Below, piece after piece: positions 40,030-47,649 of a stretch of DNA of 64,000 bases. Source of the DNA: Candidatus Latescibacterota bacterium (GTDB lineage Bacteria > Latescibacterota > UBA2968); contig OZ220741.1 in NCBI GenBank assembly GCA_965116885.1, positions 1,280,001 to 1,344,000 of the forward strand, read 5' to 3'. Below the pieces are notes generated by a model that had not been told where the DNA came from, did no database searches, and worked only from the letters and a program-made list of their open reading frames with translations. How positions within the stretch are numbered: the stretch's first letter is position 1; every line of letters begins with the position of its first letter. Both the position numbers and the translations under genes were made by a program.

Positions 40030-41379
40030 TTACTCAGTGCAATCGCAAGGCAGAACAGTATTGGCAAAACGAGAAAGATCATCCCCTGTCTTGCTGCTGT
40101 CAGCTAAAATATCGTAGGAAAACTCACTCGATGCACCGAAGAACCCGATGAAACTTGTCGCGTCAGGGTTCTTCCGCTCTCGATTCTCAAGTTCCAGGTC
40201 TCGCCCGTACTTGTTTTCCATACTCGCCCACCAATCAATTGTGCATGGCGTATCAATAGTCGGCCCGAAGTCTCTAATCTCGCGCTCTTTTTGATTTTCC
40301 ATTGCTTCGTGTATTTGCGTCAGATTGCCAATGCCTTTGAGAAAACAATAGACACAATTAGAAAGTGCGCCATTTGGAGAGAGTTCCAAACCCCAACCTT
40401 GTTGTTGCCAAAAATCATTAACATCTTCTCGCCCTATGTGCATCTTTGTAAATGGCATATAGACGTGTTCACCTTCGTATCCTTTGTTCGCGTGAGGATT
40501 GGATGACCTGGATTCTACTCTGGCGACTCGCAGTTGTTCGTCTCCACGCAAACCAATGAAAGCAACATATTCAATACCCCCATCGCCGAACCACGCTTTC
40601 TGCCCGAATACTTTGTCCTTAAGCAATGCGTTTTCAAAGGGACTCGCTGGTGCAGAGAAGTCACGATAATACTGTTTCGGACGGCAGGTTGGTCGGCTCA
40701 ATACGAATCTTTTCTTTTGAAGAAGCACATCTTTAGGCACACCGCCCCCATTACGTATATGGCTTTTGTGCATTTGGTCAGTGTCAACCTGCGATTCTGG
40801 AAGCCCATGTCCCAAACGCGGGATGCTTTTCTTGCTTGCAAACCAGTCTCGGAGAAACTGACGGGTAATTTCCAGCTTGAGGGATAGTGTGCAAACGCGG
40901 GTAAACTGATTCGGCAAATATGCTTTGTTTGAAAGCATTTCCTCAAAAGCCTCACCGCGCCACTGGAAGCCATCCGGATTAGTCTCTGAGAAGGGATGCT
41001 CATTGACTAGGCGGTAGGAGGAGATGCGGCGCCATTCTCCCTGCCGTGCGTCTTCGTAGGTTTGGAATTGGATGAAGAAGAAGGGGATACCGGCTGCTTC
41101 TACGCGCTTTTTGCACTCAGCGGCGAACTTGTAAGTCTCAGGGTGTTCGCACGAAGTGTTGTTGAATACCACTACATCACCGCGCTCTTGCTTAAGAAAT
41201 CCATTTTCTAATAAGGTGAAAAGTAGCATGCCACTGGAACGTCCTCCAGAAAACTTAACGACATGCGGGAGTTCTTGGTGGTATTTGGAACGATAACGAA
41301 AGGAGTAGGTTTTATCAGGATCATAGTGTTTGGATTTTTGTAATTTTCTCGATATTGAGAGTTTAGGAATAGCCTGCAT
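40030..41379 (-). CDS. PAPS-reductase / PP-loop adenine nucleotide alpha-hydrolase family protein with Cys clusters
   Basis: PP-loop FSGGRSSG, FNNTSCEHPETY, RVCTLSLK, IGLRGDE, NCVYCFLK, C-terminal PCDC. Confidence 0.85.
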   Translation of the reverse strand: MQAIPKLSISRKLQKSKHYDPDKTYSFRYRSKYHQELPHVVKFSGGRSSGMLLFTLLENGFLKQERGDVVVFNNTSCEHPETYKFAAECKKRVEAAGIPFFFIQFQTYEDARQGEWRRISSYRLVNEHPFSETNPDGFQWRGEAFEEMLSNKAYLPNQFTRVCTLSLKLEITRQFLRDWFASKKSIPRLGHGLPESQVDTDQMHKSHIRNGGGVPKDVLLQKKRFVLSRPTCRPKQYYRDFSAPASPFENALLKDKVFGQKAWFGDGGIEYVAFIGLRGDEQLRVARVESRSSNPHANKGYEGEHVYMPFTKMHIGREDVNDFWQQQGWGLELSPNGALSNCVYCFLKGIGNLTQIHEAMENQKEREIRDFGPTIDTPCTIDWWASMENKYGRDLELENRERKNPDATSFIGFFGASSEFSYDILADSSKTGDDLSRFANTVLPCDCTE

Positions 41380-41694
41380 TTATGCCCCCTTCTGAGAAAA
41401 TAAAACATTGAAAATCAAATAATTTAGAAGATTTTCTGATGGCACGATAAGACCATCTTTTAATAAGCTAATACCCAAATTAAAATGGGTCAAGATAAAA
41501 ACGTTCACAACATTCGGCTAAAGTCAAGCACCCTCAAACATGCAATCCGTGCTGTTTGCCAAAAATTAGCACGGTTTTTGAGCTTGTAAATTACCTTCTG
41601 TTGTGGTTACTTAATGTTCTTGGCGAAGGCGCATAGGAAGGTATCAGTCAAATGGACGAAGGTATGGAGGAACTTACCAAGAAGGGGACTTGTA

Positions 41695-41943
41695 ATGGCG
41701 ACATATTCAGAGATTGTAGAATGGGTCTATCGGAAGTATAGGCTGAAGATACACAAACCTTGCTACATTGCCCATTGTAAGGAATTGGCCGATCTCAATC
41801 CGAGCAGGGCGCCGAATCGTAAGGGAAACGGGAGGGTGTACCATTGTCCAGATAAGTTGCGCGAGCCGATCTTTGAGGCGTTCAAACACTTTAGGATGAT
41901 TCCTGATGACACGCAAATCCGCTTACCTTGGGGTGATGATTGA
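41695..41943 (+). CDS. Small basic hypothetical protein
   Basis: ATYSEI..V..KY...YIAHCK...CP......I.EAFKHF.MI; resembles, from memory, the C-terminal extension of some RlmD-type methyltransferases; GGGG RBS. Confidence 0.65.
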   Translation: MATYSEIVEWVYRKYRLKIHKPCYIAHCKELADLNPSRAPNRKGNGRVYHCPDKLREPIFEAFKHFRMIPDDTQIRLPWGDD

Positions 41944-41989
41944 TACGAGCCATTTCACAATCAATATTGTATATAATCCCAAAAATAAT

Positions 41990-42018
41990 TTGACATTGCC
42001 GCTTATATAGGATAATTT
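41990..42018 (+). promoter_or_regulatory. Sigma70-like promoter
   Basis: TTGACA 41990-41995, 17-bp spacer, TAATTT 42013-42018 (GATAAT at 42011 is an alternative -10). Confidence 0.55.
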
Positions 42019-42088
42019 GTTCATTAACATGACCCATCGAACCGTCGCCCGTATAGGGAATTAACGTGTGTTCGATTATTTTTACCCC

Positions 42089-42118
42089 CAGGGACGCCAA
42101 GTGCGTCCCTGTTTTTTT
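42089..42118 (+). terminator. Intrinsic terminator immediately upstream of the NYN gene RBS
   Basis: CAGGGACGC-CAAGT-GCGTCCCTG followed by T7. Confidence 0.8.
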
Positions 42119-42128
42119 GGAGAATACT

Positions 42129-42758
42129 ATGTCAGAAGACAGTTTAGCCACCCCTCCACGCTACCGAGTAAGGATATTCGTGGACTTTTGGAACTTCACG
42201 CTTTCGATGCGAGACACAGAGCAAGATTTCAGTACTGACTGGAAAAAGCTTGGCCCCGTGCTAACTCGTGTAGCTACAGAAACTGTCAGCTACGAGGCAA
42301 TCGGCGAATATCAGGGTCTGAATTTTTACGGCTCGTACGATCCGGCAAGTGAGAATGAGAAAAAAATGTACCAGTGGGTGACAACTGTCGTAAGTACGTT
42401 TCCGGGGGTCAATGTTTCGATCGTTCCAAGACAGAAGAGACGTTCTCTGCCAAAGTGCCCAATTTGCTACAATGAAATCGAGAAATGTCCATCTTGCAAC
42501 GCTGACATGAGAGGCACAGAAGAAAAGGGCATAGATGTGCGTATGGCTACGGCGATGATAAGCCTTGCTTGGGAGGACAATTACGATATTGCTGTACTGA
42601 TTTCGTCAGACCGGGATTTCGTGCCGGTGGCTGAATTTCTGGAAACGAAAGGTATCAAGGTCGTGCATGGCGCGTTTCCTCGAAAAAGTGCCCAACTTAC
42701 CCAAAAATGCTGGGCCAGTATTAACCTTGCCGATATTCGGGAGGAATTCCGTTATTGA
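42129..42758 (+). CDS. NYN (PIN-like) domain RNase with inserted Zn ribbon
   Basis: IFVDFWNF, EKGIDV, ISSDRDFVP, GIKV; CPIC...CPSC insertion. Confidence 0.88.
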   Translation: MSEDSLATPPRYRVRIFVDFWNFTLSMRDTEQDFSTDWKKLGPVLTRVATETVSYEAIGEYQGLNFYGSYDPASENEKKMYQWVTTVVSTFPGVNVSIVPRQKRRSLPKCPICYNEIEKCPSCNADMRGTEEKGIDVRMATAMISLAWEDNYDIAVLISSDRDFVPVAEFLETKGIKVVHGAFPRKSAQLTQKCWASINLADIREEFRY

Positions 42759-42781
42759 AGGAGCGTATTTTATGAAAGCCT

Positions 42782-43024
42782 CTATTCCCGGAAATCTTCG
42801 AGCGGTTCGTCGAATTCATCGCTTATATGAACAAGCCCTTTGGCACTTCCAGGTCGCCGTCGTCGCTTTGTTGGATCTGTTGGTACAGTTGCATCCTGCT
42901 CAATAGCCACAAATTTGACTACGGGCTGATTGCGCTCTGTAATAATGATATTTTCGCCACGTCTGGCTCGCGCAACGAGTTCAGGGAACCGTTGCTGTGC
43001 TTGATCCAACTCAAAACAATTCAT
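42782..43024 (-). CDS. Phd/YefM-family antitoxin with DUF2281-like C-terminus
   Basis: AQQRFPELV.RARRGENIIITERNQPVVK and RRPGSAKG..HISDEFDEPLEDF. Confidence 0.82.
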   Translation of the reverse strand: MNCFELDQAQQRFPELVARARRGENIIITERNQPVVKFVAIEQDATVPTDPTKRRRRPGSAKGLVHISDEFDEPLEDFRE

Positions 43025-43131
43025 TACACAATCCTCCTTTTATATTCAAAATTACTATACCCAACCATAAAATTCAACCAATCGCTCATTGAGGGGTGTG
43101 CATATTGTCTGTGCGATGGTGGATTTAGATG

Positions 43132-44364
43132 TCAGATCAAAATACCAGCAATACAGGCAGTCATCATCATTGCAAGTGTGCCGCCGATCATGGCGCGTAT
43201 GCCGAGGATGGCTAATTCTGTGCGGCGTTCTGGGGCAATGCCGCCAATGCCGCCGATTTGGATGCCCACGCTGCCAAAGTTGGCAAAGCCGCACAATGCA
43301 TAAGTCAGGATCAAGGTGCTTCGCTCGCTCAAGACCACGCCGGAATCGGGCTGGGACCATTCCATCATTTGTGCATAGGCGATAAATTCGTTGAGTACCA
43401 TCTTCTTGCCCAGTAATTCTCCAGCATAAAAGCAATCGACCCAGGGGATGCCCAGCAGGTAGGCGAATGGTGCAAAGACATAACCGAAAAGTGCGGCGAG
43501 GGACCAGTGCCAATTGTATCCAAGGAGCGCGCCAACCCACCCACCAACCAGACCCAGAGCAGCATCGACCAGTGCGACGAGGGCGAGGAAAGCGATGAGC
43601 ATTGCGACGACGTTGAGGGTTAGTTTCATGCCGTCTAATGCCCCGTTGGTCGCTGCATCTACGATATTGGCGTGTTTTTCATCCACACTTAATTCAACAT
43701 GTCCCCTGGTCACGGATTGCTCGGTTTCGGGAATCATCAGTTTGGAAATCAATAGTGCTGCAGGTGCGGAAATGACCGACGCGGCTACGAGGTGTCCCGC
43801 GTCAATGCCCATGCCCACATAGGCGACCAGGACGCCCCCGGCAATGGTTGCAAAGCCACCGACCATCAATGCCATGAGTTCCGATTTTGTCATGCTGCTT
43901 ATGTATGGGCGCACCATTAGCGGGGCTTCAGTTTGCCCGACAAAAATATTGGCTGCGGCTGCGAGTGTTTCCGATCCGGAAGTGCCCAATGTGCGTTGCA
44001 TGACCCATGCAAATGCTTCAACGACTTTTTGAATGATGCCGAGGTAATACAGGATTGACATCAATGAAGAAAAGAAGATGATGGTGGGCAATACTTTGAA
44101 GGCGAAGAAGTGGTGGACGTATTCTTCTCCAAATACCAGGCTTGTGCCCGCATCGACAAAGCCCAATGTGGCGGTGAAAAAATCTCCGATGCTTTGAAAT
44201 ATGGCCGCGCCGATTGATGTTTTCAGAATGAATAACGCGAGGGCAAGTTGCAAAAACAGCCCGCCCCATATCACGCGAAGGTTCACCTGCTTTTTATGCT
44301 CACTCATAGCCCAGGCCAAGGCCATCATGACCACCAGACCCAGCAGGCTGATTACGCGCTCCAT
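43132..44364 (-). CDS. NupC-family concentrative nucleoside transporter
   Basis: FAFKVLPTIIFFSS, NIFVGQTEAP, GFATIAG, NEFIAY, LCGFANF. Confidence 0.95.
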   Translation of the reverse strand: MERVISLLGLVVMMALAWAMSEHKKQVNLRVIWGGLFLQLALALFILKTSIGAAIFQSIGDFFTATLGFVDAGTSLVFGEEYVHHFFAFKVLPTIIFFSSLMSILYYLGIIQKVVEAFAWVMQRTLGTSGSETLAAAANIFVGQTEAPLMVRPYISSMTKSELMALMVGGFATIAGGVLVAYVGMGIDAGHLVAASVISAPAALLISKLMIPETEQSVTRGHVELSVDEKHANIVDAATNGALDGMKLTLNVVAMLIAFLALVALVDAALGLVGGWVGALLGYNWHWSLAALFGYVFAPFAYLLGIPWVDCFYAGELLGKKMVLNEFIAYAQMMEWSQPDSGVVLSERSTLILTYALCGFANFGSVGIQIGGIGGIAPERRTELAILGIRAMIGGTLAMMMTACIAGILI

Positions 44365-44478
44365 ATACCCTCCTTTAACGGTTGCCGATGTGTATAAATG
44401 CTTTTAAATTGATTCGTTGCTTTTAATATAAGACGATAAAATAGTTCACAATGCTTTTTTTCATTCAGATAATGAGAT

Positions 44479-44676
44479 ATGAAAGTACGATACTTTTCCG
44501 ATACCGATACGGCACTGGTTAAATTTGTAAATAGAAAAATTTTTGAGACCAGAGAAATCAATGAAAACATCTATGTCGATCTCGATGAAGAGGGCAATCT
44601 GGTAAGTATGACAATTGAGCACGCCAAAGCCAATGCAGGGCTCCGAGAATTTTCATATCAGGAAGTGACCGCATAA
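44479..44676 (+). CDS. DUF2283-like small protein
   Basis: MKVRY..DTD...YVDLDEEGNLVSMTIEHA. Confidence 0.8.
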   Translation: MKVRYFSDTDTALVKFVNRKIFETREINENIYVDLDEEGNLVSMTIEHAKANAGLREFSYQEVTA

Positions 44677-44718
44677 CCATTTTTTGTTTCTTACAACTTT
44701 TTATGAAAGGTTGACACA

Positions 44719-45591
44719 ATGGGTATTGAAGTTATTCGGGATGAGATGGCCGATCTGGTCGATCCCGAGGCAGAACCAGAATTGGTTGCAGATGGGTTTC
44801 AGTTCACCGAAGGCCCGGTCTGGGATCCGGCACAAGTCTGTTTGTTTTTTTCGGATATTCCGGCAAATACCATTTTTAAGTGGACGCCAGAAGGGGGTGT
44901 GGTCGCCTATCGCCAACCGAGTTATCATTCAAATGGATTGACATTGGATGGACAGGGGAGACTTCTTTCGTGCGAACACTCTGGACGACGGGTGAGCATT
45001 GAGGCGGATGGCGAATTGAAGACGGTGGTGGATTCTTTTCAGGGCAAAAAGCTAAATTCGCCCAATGATCTGGTTGTATGTCAGAATGGAGACATCATTT
45101 TTACGGATCCACCTTATGGTCTATCGGGCAGACACGGTGTACCGGGAGAACAGGAATTGCCGTTCCTGGGGGTATATCGCCTGCCTGTAGGCGAACCAGA
45201 ACCCGTTCTTTTGATCGATGATTTTGAACGCCCCAATGGGTTGGCGATAACAGCCGATGAAAAGACCCTGTACGTCGATGACACGCATCGAGGCCATATC
45301 CGCGCATTTGATGTGCAGGATGATGGCTCTCTCGCAAATGGCAGGGTATTGGCGGAACTAAAAGGCGATGAAGATGGGGCACCCGATGGCATGAAGCTGG
45401 ACCGCAATGGGAATATTTATTGCACGGGACCGGGTGCTGTGTGGGTGTTTAATCCTGCGGGCGATCTCCTCGGAAAAATTAAACTGCCTCTTCCCGCTGC
45501 GAATTTGAACTGGGGCGGCGAGGACCGGAAGACGTTGTTTTTTACCGCGAGAACAGATGTTTATCGCGTGGCGTGCAAAGTGGGAGGATAA
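44719..45591 (+). CDS. SMP-30/gluconolactonase family protein
   Basis: FTEGPVW, SNGL, NSPNDL, PNGLA, PDGMKLD. Confidence 0.93.
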   Translation: MGIEVIRDEMADLVDPEAEPELVADGFQFTEGPVWDPAQVCLFFSDIPANTIFKWTPEGGVVAYRQPSYHSNGLTLDGQGRLLSCEHSGRRVSIEADGELKTVVDSFQGKKLNSPNDLVVCQNGDIIFTDPPYGLSGRHGVPGEQELPFLGVYRLPVGEPEPVLLIDDFERPNGLAITADEKTLYVDDTHRGHIRAFDVQDDGSLANGRVLAELKGDEDGAPDGMKLDRNGNIYCTGPGAVWVFNPAGDLLGKIKLPLPAANLNWGGEDRKTLFFTARTDVYRVACKVGG

Positions 45592-45592
45592 T

Positions 45593-46738
45593 ATGAAGAT
45601 CACAGCGATCAAGACGTTTATGGCGAGCATGGGACAGCGGTCTCGTGCGCTGGTAAAGGTCGAAACCAATGAGGGTATTTACGGATGGGGGGAGTGCTAT
45701 AGTCCCGGTCCCGATCTGGCAATTGGCCCAACGATGGATTATATTTTTGAGCTGGTTAAAGGCGAAGACCCGCGGCGGATTGAATATATCATGCTCAAGC
45801 TGTTTCAGCAGTTCAGATTTCCACCAGGAGCAATAGGTCTTTCCGCTATGTCGGGTCTGGACCACGCGCTTTGGGATATCAGTGGCAAAGCTGCGGGGTT
45901 GCCGGTTTATATGCTGTTGGGCGGTGCTGTGCGCGACCGCATTCAGGTTTATCGGAGTGTTGGTGGAAAAGACGGCAGGGAAGCGGCAAGAGTTGCGCGC
46001 CAGCTAAATGAAGCGTACGGTATTACGGCATTTAAGACCAGTCCGTTTCGCCTGGATCCCAGCGCGGATCGATGGGGTCGGGTCTGTGCGGCTGCCGCCG
46101 ATTATTTCGAGGCATTGCGAAAGTATTCGGATGACAATTGGGAATTTGCATTTGATCCGCACGCCAAAATTTTTGAGCCAATTCGCGCATTGCAACTGGC
46201 CAACGCCCTTGCGCCTTACGATCCGCTTTTTTATGAAGAACCATTAAGGCCCGAGAACAGCGATGCGTGGGCGCGCTTGCGTTCACAAATGCAGGTTCCG
46301 TTGGCAACGGGCGAATCTCTGTACACGAAGTTTGAGTTTTTGGATTTGTTATCGAAAGATGGCGCGGATATTATTCAGCCAGATGTTTGTATATGTGGTG
46401 GGTTATTGGAGATGCGAAAGATCGCTGCGATTGCACAGGCGCATTATGTGACGGTGGCACCACACAACCCGATGGGACCATTGGCTACAGCGGTCAACGT
46501 CCAATTTGCCGCGGCCACGCCCAATTTCAAAATTTTGGAATATCACCTGCCCGATGAGAGCAATGCGCTGAATTGGTTGGACGAACCCTATTGGCCCGTA
46601 AATGGCTATTTGGAATTGAGGCCAGACCGTCCCGGTTTGGGTGTGGAAGTGAATGAAGAAGTGATCAGGGCTGGGGAATACGTCCACTGGGAACGGGGGA
46701 GTACCAAAGCGCCCGATGGTTCGACGAATTATATTTAA
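45593..46738 (+). CDS. Mandelate racemase/galactonate dehydratase-like enolase-superfamily enzyme
   Basis: ALWDISGK, EEP, ATGE, IIQPD, APHNP, RPGLG. Confidence 0.88.
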   Translation: MKITAIKTFMASMGQRSRALVKVETNEGIYGWGECYSPGPDLAIGPTMDYIFELVKGEDPRRIEYIMLKLFQQFRFPPGAIGLSAMSGLDHALWDISGKAAGLPVYMLLGGAVRDRIQVYRSVGGKDGREAARVARQLNEAYGITAFKTSPFRLDPSADRWGRVCAAAADYFEALRKYSDDNWEFAFDPHAKIFEPIRALQLANALAPYDPLFYEEPLRPENSDAWARLRSQMQVPLATGESLYTKFEFLDLLSKDGADIIQPDVCICGGLLEMRKIAAIAQAHYVTVAPHNPMGPLATAVNVQFAAATPNFKILEYHLPDESNALNWLDEPYWPVNGYLELRPDRPGLGVEVNEEVIRAGEYVHWERGSTKAPDGSTNYI

Positions 46739-46752
46739 TAGAGGAGGGCGAA

Positions 46753-47529
46753 ATGACACCAGAAGAACGGTTTATGTTTGATCTCGATGGATATTTGATC
46801 ATTAAAAATGTGTTGACGCCTGAGGAAGTCAAACGGCTCAATGAGGTTGCGGATGCGACATTTGTGCGGGATTACGACGATCCGGGCAAGGACTCAAAGG
46901 GGCGAGCAGGTCGCCGACAGGTGGGGCGCGTGTCTGCGTGGTCGGCAGAGACACAGGCTCTGATTGATCACCCGCGTATTTTGCCGTATTTAATTGAGTT
47001 GCTCGGTCCGGGTTTTCGGCTCGATCACGACTATTGCATCTTTATGAGGCCGGGAGCTGCATGTGGTCGCCTGCACGGTGCGCCCGGCGGACATACGGGC
47101 AGTCAACGCAAGTACCTGTATATAGAAGGTGAGATGTTGAATGGGTTGAGTGTGGTGACTTTCTTTTTGGCGGATGCAAAGGCGGGAGATGGTGGCTTTG
47201 CCTGCATTCCCGGGAGCCATAAGACCAATTTTGGACAAAATGTGCCACCCGAAGTGCGAAATTTTGAACGCGTTCCCGATTATATGGTTCAACCCGAAGT
47301 GGAAGCAGGCGATGCATTGATTTTTACAGAGGCGCTGATGCACGGCACGATGCCGTGGCGAACAAGCCATGAACGCCGCGCATTTCTGTATAAATACGCG
47401 CCGGGCCATCTGGCGTATTCCAATAATTTTTACAATGCGGATGACTACACCAATCCATCAGATCAACAGCGGCGTATCTTAACGCCGCCATCAGCGGGAA
47501 GACGCCCGGCGGTGATTCAGGAAGTGTGA
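46753..47529 (+). CDS. Phytanoyl-CoA dioxygenase (PhyH) family protein
   Basis: FDLDGYLI, IPGSHK, AGDALIFTEALMHG. Confidence 0.85.
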   Translation: MTPEERFMFDLDGYLIIKNVLTPEEVKRLNEVADATFVRDYDDPGKDSKGRAGRRQVGRVSAWSAETQALIDHPRILPYLIELLGPGFRLDHDYCIFMRPGAACGRLHGAPGGHTGSQRKYLYIEGEMLNGLSVVTFFLADAKAGDGGFACIPGSHKTNFGQNVPPEVRNFERVPDYMVQPEVEAGDALIFTEALMHGTMPWRTSHERRAFLYKYAPGHLAYSNNFYNADDYTNPSDQQRRILTPPSAGRRPAVIQEV

Positions 47530-47550
47530 TCCGCAGAAAAAAACGCGAGT

Positions 47551-47584
47551 GAGCGGTGTACAACTGGTGTCAGGCCAGTTCATT
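47551..47584 (+). repeat. Hairpin element copy inserted in an AAAAACGC...GCGTTTTT stem
   Basis: GCGAGT-[GAGCGGTGTACAACTGGTGTCAGGCCAGTTCATT]-TGAGCG. Confidence 0.75.
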
Positions 47585-47607
47585 TGAGCGTTTTTCGCAG
47601 ATAAATG

Positions 47608-47631
47608 GTAGGGGCGAAAAACCTTTCGTCC
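47608..47631 (+). repeat. GTAG-type REP-like palindrome
   Basis: GTAGGGGCGAAAAACCTTTCGTCC. Confidence 0.6.
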
Positions 47632-47649
47632 GTTGTGAAGGGAGATCCC

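Noticed and set aside
38872..41379. Sulfate assimilation (cysH) or isc Fe-S assembly locus
   Set aside because: No cysDN/cysIJ or iscR/iscU/hscAB nearby; the PP-loop motif differs from CysH and the genes are coupled to a nuclease operon.
33402..41379. Canonical dndABCDE or sspABCDE cluster
   Set aside because: No DGQHR DndB, no SMC-like DndD, no DndE and no recognisable SspB/SspC; the ATPase is GHKL-type.
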